Below, in pieces: positions 1 to 9,835 of a stretch of 36,518 nucleotides of DNA. The DNA comes from a bacterium (GTDB lineage Bacteria > Patescibacteriota > Minisyncoccia > UBA9983), in NCBI GenBank assembly GCA_013152035.1, contig JAADHB010000017.1, positions 1 through 36,518 of the forward strand, read 5' to 3'. The notes below the pieces were generated by a model. It ran no database searches. It had not been told where the DNA came from and saw only the letters and a list, made by a program, of their open reading frames with translations. Each line of letters opens with the position of its first letter. The stretch's first letter is position 1. A program made the position numbers and the translations under genes.

Positions 1-367
1 GGTCCGGCAAGGATATTATCGCTCTCTTGCCCACTCGCCTTATTTCTTTTAACGCTTTTTCAAAATATTCAAACGGTAAGTGCTCCAAGACTTCCGCGCA
101 TAAAACCACGTCAAATTCCTTGTTTTCAAATGGAATATTCAACACGTCTCCAACGATATCCGGGTTTAATTCTTTGTCTATGTCCATGGTGACAATAGAG
201 CTTCTCTTTCTGAGATAATCCGCGACTGTCCCGTTTCCTATTCCTATTTCCAAAACCTTTTCTCCTTTTTTAATTTCTCTAATCTGATAATAATAACTCA
301 ACCACCTTGCCTTATGGTCATAATTTTCAAAATAATGCTGTTTGCCTGTTTGTTGGTTTTTAATCAT
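1..367 (-). CDS. Class I SAM-dependent methyltransferase (3' end runs off the window)
   Basis: Manual translation from ATG at 367: MIKNQQTGKQHYFENYDHKARWLSYYYQIREIKKGEKVLEIGIGNG...DIDKELNPDIVGDV...FDVVLCAEVLEHLP. Shows SAM motif I and an EVLEH motif; ATGA overlap with the upstream GT stop. Not in the ORF track. Confidence 0.85.
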   Translation of the reverse strand, partial: MIKNQQTGKQHYFENYDHKARWLSYYYQIREIKKGEKVLEIGIGNGTVADYLRKRSSIVTMDIDKELNPDIVGDVLNIPFENKEFDVVLCAEVLEHLPFEYFEKALKEIRRVGKRAIISLPD

Positions 368-1518
368 ATTGCCAAAAATTCAAGTATTTTCGCGGCTCTT
401 TTCCCCCAAGTGTAGTTTTGAACATCCAAACGAGCCCGCATTGATATACTATCCGAAAAATCTCTTTCTTGCAAAACCTTTTTAATCCCGTCGACCAATT
501 GTTTCGCGCTGTCCGGCTCAACCAAGACCGAATTATGTTCGTTTAAAATTTCTCTGATTGAAGGCAAATCCGAAGCCACAATTGGAACCTCGCTCGCCAT
601 ATACTCAAAAAGCTTCATTGGCGAAGTGTATCTGGTTGATTCCTCGCTAACGGGACTGTTTGGAAGAATGAGCGCGTCCGCGGACTTAAGATATCGCGGC
701 ATTTCCTTTTTGTTTTTGTGGCCCAAAATCAAAATATTGCCCACCCCCTCCGACCTTGCTTTTTTCTCGCATTTTTTAACATCACTTTCCGATCCCCCCA
801 CCAAAACAAAAACAATATTCGGATCTTCACTTAAAATTCTTGCGGAATCAAAAACAGTATCTATTCCCTTCCATTTGTACAAGTATCCGGTGTACATAAT
901 AATTTTCTTTTCGGCAGGTAAGCCAAGTTCGCCTCTCAAAGCGCTTTTACCAAAGTCAAAATCAAACTCATTCAAATCCACGCCGTTGGAACAGGGAAGG
1001 ACATAATTGAAAGACCTTTTTTTAAACTCTTCCGCCACTCCGATTGAATTGGTTACGATTTTGTCCGAGTTCTTAATGAACCAAAAATAAAGTTTTTTCT
1101 TCAAAAGAATCCTGTGTGATTCGTATACCGTGTAAAAGCCGATTTTCTTAAAAACAAAAGCCAACAAAAACTCCCTTGTGTAAATAACAACTCCCCCTCT
1201 TGGAACGCGCAAAAAGCGAAAGACGGAGAACAAAGCGAAAGACAAGGATTGCGCCCAAAAACCGAACCAAGGAATAATCCTGACTAGATCCAAGCAGGGT
1301 ATTTTTGTTATTTTAAAGTTCCTCTTGATTCCGTAATATTCAAAAGGGTCCCGCTTTAGCTTTGTAAGTCGCCAAGGAACGACAAACTCAACATCCACCC
1401 CGGCATCCGCGAACGCTTCGCACATTTTTGCCATATGCACCCCATGCGCTTTTGGTGTCGGCATTTTTACGTTGCAAATATAAATTAATTTCTCGATATT
1501 GGGAATTTTATTTTTCAT
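364..1518 (-). CDS. Glycosyltransferase family 4 (GT-B)
   Basis: YTGYLYKWKG, SPMKLFEYMASEVPIVASDLP, YTWGKRA motifs. Confidence 0.92.
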   Translation of the reverse strand: MKNKIPNIEKLIYICNVKMPTPKAHGVHMAKMCEAFADAGVDVEFVVPWRLTKLKRDPFEYYGIKRNFKITKIPCLDLVRIIPWFGFWAQSLSFALFSVFRFLRVPRGGVVIYTREFLLAFVFKKIGFYTVYESHRILLKKKLYFWFIKNSDKIVTNSIGVAEEFKKRSFNYVLPCSNGVDLNEFDFDFGKSALRGELGLPAEKKIIMYTGYLYKWKGIDTVFDSARILSEDPNIVFVLVGGSESDVKKCEKKARSEGVGNILILGHKNKKEMPRYLKSADALILPNSPVSEESTRYTSPMKLFEYMASEVPIVASDLPSIREILNEHNSVLVEPDSAKQLVDGIKKVLQERDFSDSISMRARLDVQNYTWGKRAAKILEFLAI

Positions 1519-1530
1519 TATTTTGGCAAA

Positions 1531-2415
1531 TTATGGTTTTTTCGCGACAATCGTAAGTTTCATTCCCGGGAAAATATTCCTCAGAATTTTTGGCGCCCTT
1601 AGCTTTTTAATTGCTCGTTGGGGTTCGCAAACCGCGCCCTCCCTCTTGCTGTCCGAGAGTTTGCTTTTTCTTTGTTTGAAAGTAATTAATTTTCGCGCGA
1701 GGTTTGCCGCCAAAAAAGAGAAAGATTTTTCCGTCTCCAATATCTCAAAACCCGATTTCAGAAGCATTTTTTTTATTGTTTTTTGGGGGAAGAGATACAA
1801 ATGATTCGGATAATCAAGAATATTTTCAAGAAGGCGCCGCGATAACCGCGCGTCAACGCCCGTCACATGCGGCAGCTCAATCAACAAAACGCCGCCCGGC
1901 TTCAACACGCGGTTCACCTCTTTAAGAAGAGGAAGTGGGTTCGGCACATGCTCAAGCACATGATACATCGCGATAAAATCAAAGAAGTAATCATTAAAAG
2001 CCGCTTCGTTCAGTGTCCCGCAAAATAAATCCGAATTGTAATTTTCTTTCGCCTGCTCCACGGCGCGCCTTGATAATTCCACCCCTTCCGCATTATACCC
2101 TTTTTCCTTCAATAAGTGCAGAAAATCGCCGGAACCTGCGCCCACTTCAAGAAATTTGCCGCCTTTGGGAAAGTGTTTGTCCAACAAAAAAAATCTATAG
2201 GAAAAAGCGCCCAAAGAACCTTTGCGTCCGGAGTATCCCTCCGGATAAAACACGGAACCGTAATACTCCCGAGCGTTCCGTAAATGCCTCTCCGGATCAA
2301 GAAAAACCAATCCGCACTTTAGGCACCTAAAAAAACAGGCGTCCTCTCTCTTTGAACGATAAAAACGCTTTATTTCCCGAGACGAGCACAAATAACAAGA
2401 AATATCAGGCAACAT
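1531..2415 (-). CDS. Class I SAM-dependent methyltransferase with N-terminal CxxC..CxxC zinc-ribbon
   Basis: CYLC...CLKCG, LEVGAGSG, MYHVLEH, LKPGG. Start set at MLPDISC (2415), overlapping the upstream gene end. Confidence 0.88.
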   Translation of the reverse strand: MLPDISCYLCSSREIKRFYRSKREDACFFRCLKCGLVFLDPERHLRNAREYYGSVFYPEGYSGRKGSLGAFSYRFFLLDKHFPKGGKFLEVGAGSGDFLHLLKEKGYNAEGVELSRRAVEQAKENYNSDLFCGTLNEAAFNDYFFDFIAMYHVLEHVPNPLPLLKEVNRVLKPGGVLLIELPHVTGVDARLSRRLLENILDYPNHLYLFPQKTIKKMLLKSGFEILETEKSFSFLAANLARKLITFKQRKSKLSDSKREGAVCEPQRAIKKLRAPKILRNIFPGMKLTIVAKKP

Positions 2416-3478
2416 GACAATTTGTTTTTTTAACGACAACATTAAAGACATCCGCCAATTTCTCGGCCATTTTTTCAGTTGAAAAAAAATCCTCCGTTTT
2501 TTCTCTCGCATTCTTGGCAATTCCAACTCTCACTTCCTCATTGCTTAAAGACCTTATCTTTTTAAGAATACTCTCAACATCGTAAAAATCAACCAAAAGA
2601 GCGCTATGCCCATCCTCTACGTAATCAAGCAAACAACGCTTTCTGCTGACAACAACCGGCAGTCCGGAAGACATGGAATCCAGCAGTACAGTCTGCCCGG
2701 AACAATCGGCGCCATCCAAATAATCGTTGCTATGAGTGATTAACAACATAATCTTCGCTTCCTTGTATTTCTTTCTCAATTCCCCGATTGGAATATCATA
2801 AATAATTTTTATATTCGGCGGAATATCACCGATGCCGGCCAAATTTCTCCTGCTGCACACTATTTCAAAATTCTCCTCCGGCATCTTTTCCGCTACCCTA
2901 ATCACTGTCTTGTAATCTCTGCCATTATCCCTGCCGGCGGACAATATAAAGTTTTTTCTTCCTTTATAAACCGGGTGATAATAAACAATATCCGTCCCCA
3001 GTGGAACAAAAAACACTTTATTTTTCAAAAAGCCGAATTTGTCGGCAAGGTACTCCTTCTGCGCGCTTCCCAAACAAACTATCGCGTCTATGTCTCTAAG
3101 AAGCCATTTTATCAATCTCTCTTTTACAAACCTACCTTTATTTGATTTTAAAACCCTGATTAAGCTGATATTCAAAAGAACGAATTTGGTTTTGGGTCTG
3201 AATATTTTTTTGAACACCATCATATTCAGTAAGGAAGAACCGAAAACAACATCGTATCTTCTTGCCAAGAAAAACATCAGCGCGTGCCTCGCGTTGAATC
3301 CTAAAAACTTTTTGAAAAAACCGCCCGCCGGAAGGTCATCAAACTCCTTAAACTCCGCGTCAATATCGTACTTTTTCAAGTGGTTCAATCCGTAAAACTG
3401 CGTATCAGGATAATCTATTCCAATTTCGCCCTTAAACTTGCTTTTTCTCTCTCCCGCGAATAAATATAATACCTTCAT
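2405..3478 (-). CDS. Glycosyltransferase family 4
   Basis: SAGRDNGRDY, SGQTVLLDSMSSGLPVV GT4-like C-terminal domain; start MKVLYLF. Confidence 0.85.
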   Translation of the reverse strand: MKVLYLFAGERKSKFKGEIGIDYPDTQFYGLNHLKKYDIDAEFKEFDDLPAGGFFKKFLGFNARHALMFFLARRYDVVFGSSLLNMMVFKKIFRPKTKFVLLNISLIRVLKSNKGRFVKERLIKWLLRDIDAIVCLGSAQKEYLADKFGFLKNKVFFVPLGTDIVYYHPVYKGRKNFILSAGRDNGRDYKTVIRVAEKMPEENFEIVCSRRNLAGIGDIPPNIKIIYDIPIGELRKKYKEAKIMLLITHSNDYLDGADCSGQTVLLDSMSSGLPVVVSRKRCLLDYVEDGHSALLVDFYDVESILKKIRSLSNEEVRVGIAKNAREKTEDFFSTEKMAEKLADVFNVVVKKTNCHVA

Positions 3479-3547
3479 ACTATTAAAATACAACCGAAAA
3501 AATTGCTAAAAACGACACTGCGGGAGCGAAACAAATAAATTTTCGGA

Positions 3548-4636
3548 TTATTTGTAAGAAGCCATGATTTTTGCTATTAGGCCGGCAGTGCCATGATTTC
3601 TCACGACAATTTCCCTTAACCCCATGCCCAGTTTTTTTCTTTCCTCGCCGGTTTCTCCGATAACGCGACTTATTTTCTCCGCCAACGCCTTGAAATCTTT
3701 TTTGGGATACATCAGTTTCTCTTTATACTCGCCAAGGACTTCCAGCAAGGCTTCGTTGCAGGTCAGAATGGGTAATCCGCACGCCATCGCTTCAAGGATC
3801 GCCTTGTCCATGCTTCCCGTATGACTCATATTAACAAATAAATCGGCTGATTGTAAGCGCGCCGCGATGTCTTTGTTTGAAACGGCTCCGACAAAATTTA
3901 TCACCCCTGAAATATTTTTACGCGCAACCGTCTCTTTCAGATCGGAAAGATATTTTTCTTGTTCGGGAAGTCCCGCGGCACCGACAATATCAACATTCAA
4001 TTTCACCCCCTGTTTCTCCAAAATTTCAATCGCGTCTATGAGCGTCTTGTAATCTTTCACCGGAGATATTCTTCCGATTGAAATGATTTTGAAAATGCCG
4101 GGTTTTTTTTCAGCCTCCGGCCGTGGTTGGAATTTTTCCGTGTCAACTCCTTGCCCGACAACCTTTTTCTTTTTTGAAACAAGACGAAACCCGCTTTTGG
4201 TGGAGGTGAAAACGATATCCGTCATTTTTTCCGCCAGTTTCAAGGTGAAAGGAACGGCTCCATGCGCGTACCACAGAGCGATTTTTTTGCCCCACAGTTT
4301 CCAGAATGGCGCTCCCAGGATTACATATTCGGGATTCATGTGGACGAAAACGGTGTCGTAGTTTTTTCGCTCGCGGAAAATATATTTGTAAAAATTAAAA
4401 ATGTATTTTAGTTTGGCAGTCAGTAGCCGGTAGCCGGTGGTCAGATTTTTTTCTTTCCCGAGGGAAAGGACTTTTGTGTTTTCCGGCAGGTCATAATCGC
4501 CTTTTTGCAGGCAGATGACGGTCACTTTTTCGCAATGCTTGGTGAACTCTTCAATCCACCGATGGAAAAACCCCAAAACATCGTCGTTTTTGTCCACCTT
4601 TTGCGTGATAATAAGTAACTTGACTTTTTTGTTCAT
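3548..4636 (-). CDS. Glycosyltransferase family 4
   Basis: GRISPVKD, DKAILEAMACGLP. Start MNKKVKLL is 6 nt after TATAAT. Confidence 0.92.
   Translation of the reverse strand: MNKKVKLLIITQKVDKNDDVLGFFHRWIEEFTKHCEKVTVICLQKGDYDLPENTKVLSLGKEKNLTTGYRLLTAKLKYIFNFYKYIFRERKNYDTVFVHMNPEYVILGAPFWKLWGKKIALWYAHGAVPFTLKLAEKMTDIVFTSTKSGFRLVSKKKKVVGQGVDTEKFQPRPEAEKKPGIFKIISIGRISPVKDYKTLIDAIEILEKQGVKLNVDIVGAAGLPEQEKYLSDLKETVARKNISGVINFVGAVSNKDIAARLQSADLFVNMSHTGSMDKAILEAMACGLPILTCNEALLEVLGEYKEKLMYPKKDFKALAEKISRVIGETGEERKKLGMGLREIVVRNHGTAGLIAKIMASYK
4416..4443. repeat. Degenerate 7-bp tandem repeat (GCAGTCA GTAGCCG GTAGCCG GTGGTCA) inside a GT4 gene
   Basis: Four 7-mer units encoding part of LTTGYRLLTAK. Confidence 0.6.
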
Positions 4637-4698
4637 GTCTATATTATATAAGTATAAATTCCTTCGGGATCGCCCCGCAAGGGGCATTAAAACGAGAC

Positions 4699-5097
4699 TC
4701 AGGAAAAATCGGTGAGCTTTAACAGTTTGCCGATTTTTCTTTTCATGTTCTCAAAATCATCCACAGAAACCATTCCTAGTTTTTTAACCAGCCTTTTTGA
4801 GTCTATCAGTCTTATTTGAGATAAAATAGCGCTGTTTTTTCTGTTCTTGACGCAAAAATTAAAGTAAAAAATGCCCGCTTTTTGTTTAGTTGTTAGCGGA
4901 ACGCATAAAAAAACACTGTTGTTGAATTTTCTCAGAACGACGACTGGCCTGGAAAAATTATCATTTTTTCCTTCTTGCTCAAAGCCGATATTTTTTCCAA
5001 GGGACGCGTAGAAAATATCCCGCTCTTTGAAAAACACCCGCCGGTCGCGGTCATCCAAACTCTTTTTTAACGCGTTCCATTCATCAAATAAATTCAT
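4699..5097 (-). CDS. PemK/MazF-family toxin-like endoribonuclease, no adjacent antitoxin
   Basis: FDEWN, LGKNIGFEQEGK, RPVVVLRK, VPLTTK, ILSQIRLIDSKRL. Start 5097 is 7 nt after TATAAT; alternative start 5106. Confidence 0.8.
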   Translation of the reverse strand: MNLFDEWNALKKSLDDRDRRVFFKERDIFYASLGKNIGFEQEGKNDNFSRPVVVLRKFNNSVFLCVPLTTKQKAGIFYFNFCVKNRKNSAILSQIRLIDSKRLVKKLGMVSVDDFENMKRKIGKLLKLTDFS

Positions 5098-5105
5098 ATT
5101 GTTCA

Positions 5106-6281
5106 TTATACACCAATTCCTGTTTTGTTCGCCTTTGCGGCGCAATTTTCCCAGGTTTTTTTGAGGTTTTCAAGATATTCGGCTTTTGAGGGGAGGTTGA
5201 GGAGCGCGTATTCGGCGCTTATGACCAGATTTCCCCGCAGAAACTTGTCGCCGATCGCTTTTACAAGCGCCTCTTCCAGCGTCCGCGCGTCCCCGACCGG
5301 AACGACGAGCCCGTTGTATCCGTCTTTTATTATTTCTCCGGCAATGCCGACATCCGTCATTACCACCGCGCGGCTCGCCGCCATCGCCTCGATAATCGTT
5401 CTTCCGTAGCCCTCGTAATTTGAAGTGAGCAGGAACAGGTCGGCGGTTTTGTAATACGACGCCAAGTCGTCCGCCCAATTTTCAAAGACTATGTTTGCTT
5501 TCAGCTTTCGGCTTTCGGCTTTCAGCTTTTTTTCTTCCGCTCCCTCCCCGATGATTATCAGTCCGGTTTTTGGATATTTTTTAACGACACCCCTCATCGC
5601 CCTTATCGCCATTCCGATATTTTTTTCTTTCGTGAGCCGGCTCGCCATTAGAATAATGAAATCAAATTGCGGATACTGCTCGCGAAGGCTTATTTTAACC
5701 GGCGCGTTTTTGATTTTTTCAATGTCAACAAAGATTGGGAGAACCTGCGGTTCAGTTTTTAGTTTGCCGCGCCCACTATCGCTGCGCTCAAGCGCTGCGG
5801 GCGGGTAGTTTTTAGTTTGTAGAGATTTTTTTATTCTTTCTGATACGACACGAACGCAATCAGCGTATTTTATTGAAAAGCGATAAACCAAAAAACGCAG
5901 GAAATTTTTTAAAGACTCCTTTTTAAAATAAAGACTTGAAAAATCCGTGTGGATTTGCGCTTGAAATTTCGCCTTAAACTTGATTTTTAAAGCCAATGCC
6001 AAGAGGTTAGCCATCGCGTCTTGAGAGGTTACCAAAAATTTTCCGTCCTTCAAAAAATTCTTGGCAATGTTATAAGCCCGTCCGAAATACAGAAAATTAA
6101 AACGGTTGTTTGTGGGATAAGCCCAAGTGTTGTCGGAAATTTGCTCGGGTTCAAAACCCGGCTTTGTGTACACAATAATCCGCAATTCGTCGGTCAATTT
6201 GCCATATTCAACCATCCAAGACCTCACATCGGATCCTTTTTGGAAAATATTCTTATCAAGACTCAGCATTAAAATTTTCAT
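5106..6281 (-). CDS. Glycosyltransferase family 4
   Basis: SRLTKEKN, TSNYEGYGRTIIEAMA, TDVG motifs. Confidence 0.92.
   Translation of the reverse strand: MKILMLSLDKNIFQKGSDVRSWMVEYGKLTDELRIIVYTKPGFEPEQISDNTWAYPTNNRFNFLYFGRAYNIAKNFLKDGKFLVTSQDAMANLLALALKIKFKAKFQAQIHTDFSSLYFKKESLKNFLRFLVYRFSIKYADCVRVVSERIKKSLQTKNYPPAALERSDSGRGKLKTEPQVLPIFVDIEKIKNAPVKISLREQYPQFDFIILMASRLTKEKNIGMAIRAMRGVVKKYPKTGLIIIGEGAEEKKLKAESRKLKANIVFENWADDLASYYKTADLFLLTSNYEGYGRTIIEAMAASRAVVMTDVGIAGEIIKDGYNGLVVPVGDARTLEEALVKAIGDKFLRGNLVISAEYALLNLPSKAEYLENLKKTWENCAAKANKTGIGV
5497..5529. repeat. 7-bp tandem repeat GCTTTCR x4 (+partial) inside a GT4 gene
   Basis: GCTTTCA GCTTTCG GCTTTCG GCTTTCA GCTTT; encodes KLKAESRKLKA. Confidence 0.85.
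5754..5820. repeat. 7-bp repeat array interrupted by a 39-bp GC-rich palindromic in-frame insert
   Basis: AGTTTTTAGTTTG at 5754-5766 and 5807-5819 flank the insert at 5767-5805 (CGCCCAC...GCGGGCG arms). Confidence 0.7.
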
Positions 6282-6299
6282 TTTTTTTGAGACGCGCGA

Positions 6300-9200
6300 T
6301 TATTGCCAGTGTAATTCTTTAGGGGAAGTGCTCGCCTGACTATTGCCCTCAAATCTAACACCGTCCCCTTCGGCAAAAAATGTTGACATGGTGTCACTCC
6401 AAATACCGAAGTAGTTATTCTCAAACGAAACAACACCTGAGAATGTTGTCGTTGAGTTAACGGTTCCGAGCCCCGCCGCCATTCCGGTTGTTCCCGACAG
6501 CTTTTTATTGTTCTTAAAAACGCTGTTTGAAATCGTTGACGATGAAGTTGAGAGGAGTAGACCGTAGCTTTTTGAATATTCAAATGTTGAATTTGATATT
6601 TTCGCGGAGGTATTGGTTATGTTTAGATTTGTCCTGCCCAAATCCAAGCCGTTAATGTAATACTTTCCTCCGAACCTGAAAATAGTGTGGTTGAAAACGG
6701 AATCGCCATTGTCCGTCTCAACTTTGACGCCAAACCAATCCCCTTCGGATGGAGTAGTCGTTGTCGCGTCGCCGTTCAGGTCTCCGCCGTATTCGTCGTC
6801 TTTGAAGGAGGTGAAAACAATGGGGTCATCCTTTGTTCCGTTCACGATTATTTTGGAATCGCCGGTGAATCTCAATCCGGCGTCGTTGTAGAATTTAATC
6901 ACCACTCCCGGCTCAATGTTCAGGACCGCTGATGATTGAAAAGTTGTGATATTGTCATTAACAAGGTACGGGCTGTTTTCCTTGGTGAGCGTGATTTCTG
7001 AAGTGACGGCTTGGCCGTTGTTAATAAGATAATTGACACTGTTTCTGGCTTTGGGGGTGCCGGCGATAACGCCACCATCGGCGTTTTTGCCGTTTTTGAT
7101 TATTCCGTTATTTTTTCCCCAGTTGGAAGAGTTCTCGCCGGAAACATTCGGATCGCGCCTTTCCATTGAGTAATATTTATTTGTTCCCGCCACCCAGCCG
7201 GAAGCGGCGTCCGGCGTCCTGTCAACCGTCGTGGAAGCGAAAGAGAGGGCGAGAACTTCTCCGTTGTTGCTCAGCCCGCTTCCCAATCTGTTTCCGAAAG
7301 AGCCGTACCAATCGGCTGGTTCGGAGGTGGCATTGTCATCCGTTCGCTCAATAAGATAATACCCTTTGGCGGGGATTGTTTTTGAAAGTTTGATATACGG
7401 CTTCATATCCGTTTCGGAATACAGTGTCCAACCGGAAAGATTGATGTCGCGGTCCGTCCTGTTATACAGTTCAATCCATTCATCCGCGGAAGATGTGGCT
7501 GTTCCCGACCATGCGACTTCGTTTATGACAACCGGCATTGTTGAGATTTCCACCGTTTGAGTGGTAGTGGCGGAGCGGTTGCCGGCGGCGTCAACGGCGG
7601 AAACAGAGAATGAATAAGTTGAGTTGTCGTCGGTGATGGCTGTTGTTGAAGTTGCCGTGGTCGTTGAAATCGCGCCATTGGCGTTGATTGCAAAAAAAGA
7701 AAGGTCAAGCGCGTTTGACTGCCAGGAAATGTTCAGTGTGGTGGTGGCGGAGAGGCAGGAATTATCCGAGGGCAACCCCAAACAGTCCGCTATCCGAAGG
7801 GCGATGTCGGGCGCCTCGGAATCAACGAGTAGGGAAATTTCCGTGGAGCTTGAAACATTGCCGGCGGCGTCGGCGGCAAAAAACTCAACAGTGGAGCTTC
7901 CCTGTTTGAACGAAATCGGTAAGAACCACGCGCCGGCTGAATCGGCGGTGGTGGTGGCAACGGGGGCGGACAAATCGCCGTCGGCGAAAATCACGGAAAC
8001 CGTTGAGGACGCCTCCGCCGTTCCGGAAAAAGCGATGTCCGGGGAGGTGAATGTTTTTGAAAAATCGGAAGGGAAAAGGATAACGGGGGCGAGGGGCGGG
8101 GTGGTGTCGACGGCTTCGCCGCTGTCGCCGTTGTTCTCACCGGCTTCTTTTTCTGCCGTGTCCGCCTCGGGGGCGGGAGCGGAAGACACGGACACTCCGC
8201 CTCCCCCACCCCCCCCAAAGCCCGGGTACGGCTGGCTGATGGCGAATTTGGGCCTGGCGGGAGCTGGAGCCGGCGGAACGGGTTCAGGTGCCGTTTCCGT
8301 TGCCGCGCCAGCGACGGCATCAACGGCGGCGCTGGCCTGATTCAGGGCTTCGCGCGCATCCGCGAGTTGGATTGACAAGGCGCGCAGATCGGCGTCACGA
8401 GTGGACTTTCTGACAGCGAGCGGCGCAGTGGTTTCAATGGAATCCGGCGAAACCTCGCCTTGGACGGGCAGGACGGTTTTTTCAATTTCTCCACCCTCCC
8501 CGCTCTGAACAGTCAATGCGGCGCCGTCGGAGCTGTTAGGCGGAAAAACATCCCCAACATCCACCGCAGTCGCCAAAACACCCGTGGAAACAACCTCCGG
8601 CTTCCGCTTCAGCAGGGAGTCTTTAATTGAATCAATGACGCTTCCAATCTCCGACTTCACCCCACCCGCCGCGCTGGCAAGAGCATCTTTGGCATCAATC
8701 CCTTTCTTAAGCGCGGAAATCCAAATTCCATCAAGAAAGTCATCGGCTTTTATGACGATAATTTTGTGAGCGGTTTTAACGGCATCAAGAAAGGGTTCAT
8801 CAGAGTCCGGAACAATCGGCTTAAGCAATTCCGGATTCTTTTTGTACTTCTCAACATCCCTGAAAAATAAATCAATCACCCCGGCACCGGTAAGAACGGC
8901 TTTGGGGAAGAGATGGGAACGATAGGAGGGAAGAATAAATTTTTCGTCGTTAATAGAATATTCATTAATCCCGTTTTCTATAGCTAAATAGGTGCCGTTG
9001 GATGAATTTACTAAAAATTTTTTCTTCTTTCCAGAGATACTTTTGATTTTTCTTTCTAATTTCTCTAAATCCGGCTCCTTAAAATCCTTGTTGTCTATCG
9101 TATCCTCGGAAAAGAAATTCTTGTTTGAATAATCGGCGAGACTGTTAAAAGCATCGGACAGTTTTTGGAAGTTCGGGATCTCTTTGTTTCCCTTGACCAA

Positions 9201-9833
9201 ATCACTGACAACGGTTACTTCCTTTTCGTAGAAGTTGGTCATTTTTTTCGCGTAATCTTCGTAAGGGCTGCCCGGGTCACCGCTAAGCCCTGGATGAGAA
9301 TCATTTCTGGTGTGCGCCGGAACGCTCAAATCCTCAATGAGATGGAGAATGTCCCCCAGCGCCAAAAAGGCGGTCTCTTTGTCGCCGTCAATGTATGATT
9401 TTACGGCTTTCTGCCAAGTCCTGTTCCCGTATTGCCTGCCGTAAGCCGCCTGGTATTCCTGATTTTCCGCCCAATCAATTGAAGCGACCGCCGGCTTGGG
9501 GGCCATATCGGCGCCCTTTTCGTATCCCACCTCCTCCGACAAATTTCCGTAATGCTTTCCCGTCCATCCGGTTTTGTGGACCGGATCGTAAAAATGATTA
9601 ATCCATCTCGGCGGATCATCCTCCTGAACCGCGCCCTTTTTCATCCATTTGATTTCTTCTTTGGAGATTCTGTTCTTTTTATCTTTGAGATTATGGAATT
9701 CAACGATTTTCTCCGTAAGAAAAGGGTGCGTATTGTTGGTGGAATACGCCGATGATTGCCGGGCAAAAATAAGACCTCCGGCAACGGCCAGGAAAATGAA
9801 ACTTAATAAAATTTTTGATTTCGCTTTTCGCAT
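6300..9833 (-). CDS. Large secreted protein: Zn-dependent phospholipase C/P1 nuclease domain, coiled/Pro-Gly linker, Ig-like domains, lamin-tail domain, right-handed beta-helix
   Basis: Signal peptide then YSTNNTH; EDD, NHFYDP, HLIEDLSVPAH, YE metal-ligand pattern; DAAGN Ig repeats; VVINEVAWSG...DEWIELYN (LTD); IEPGVVIKF...PIVFTS...GDW beta-helix. Confidence 0.75.
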   Translation of the reverse strand: MRKAKSKILLSFIFLAVAGGLIFARQSSAYSTNNTHPFLTEKIVEFHNLKDKKNRISKEEIKWMKKGAVQEDDPPRWINHFYDPVHKTGWTGKHYGNLSEEVGYEKGADMAPKPAVASIDWAENQEYQAAYGRQYGNRTWQKAVKSYIDGDKETAFLALGDILHLIEDLSVPAHTRNDSHPGLSGDPGSPYEDYAKKMTNFYEKEVTVVSDLVKGNKEIPNFQKLSDAFNSLADYSNKNFFSEDTIDNKDFKEPDLEKLERKIKSISGKKKKFLVNSSNGTYLAIENGINEYSINDEKFILPSYRSHLFPKAVLTGAGVIDLFFRDVEKYKKNPELLKPIVPDSDEPFLDAVKTAHKIIVIKADDFLDGIWISALKKGIDAKDALASAAGGVKSEIGSVIDSIKDSLLKRKPEVVSTGVLATAVDVGDVFPPNSSDGAALTVQSGEGGEIEKTVLPVQGEVSPDSIETTAPLAVRKSTRDADLRALSIQLADAREALNQASAAVDAVAGAATETAPEPVPPAPAPARPKFAISQPYPGFGGGGGGGVSVSSAPAPEADTAEKEAGENNGDSGEAVDTTPPLAPVILFPSDFSKTFTSPDIAFSGTAEASSTVSVIFADGDLSAPVATTTADSAGAWFLPISFKQGSSTVEFFAADAAGNVSSSTEISLLVDSEAPDIALRIADCLGLPSDNSCLSATTTLNISWQSNALDLSFFAINANGAISTTTATSTTAITDDNSTYSFSVSAVDAAGNRSATTTQTVEISTMPVVINEVAWSGTATSSADEWIELYNRTDRDINLSGWTLYSETDMKPYIKLSKTIPAKGYYLIERTDDNATSEPADWYGSFGNRLGSGLSNNGEVLALSFASTTVDRTPDAASGWVAGTNKYYSMERRDPNVSGENSSNWGKNNGIIKNGKNADGGVIAGTPKARNSVNYLINNGQAVTSEITLTKENSPYLVNDNITTFQSSAVLNIEPGVVIKFYNDAGLRFTGDSKIIVNGTKDDPIVFTSFKDDEYGGDLNGDATTTTPSEGDWFGVKVETDNGDSVFNHTIFRFGGKYYINGLDLGRTNLNITNTSAKISNSTFEYSKSYGLLLSTSSSTISNSVFKNNKKLSGTTGMAAGLGTVNSTTTFSGVVSFENNYFGIWSDTMSTFFAEGDGVRFEGNSQASTSPKELHWQ

Positions 9834-9835
9834 AT

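Noticed and set aside
7624-8340. 238-aa plus-strand ORF
   Set aside because: Antisense shadow of the GC-rich linker of the large secreted protein.
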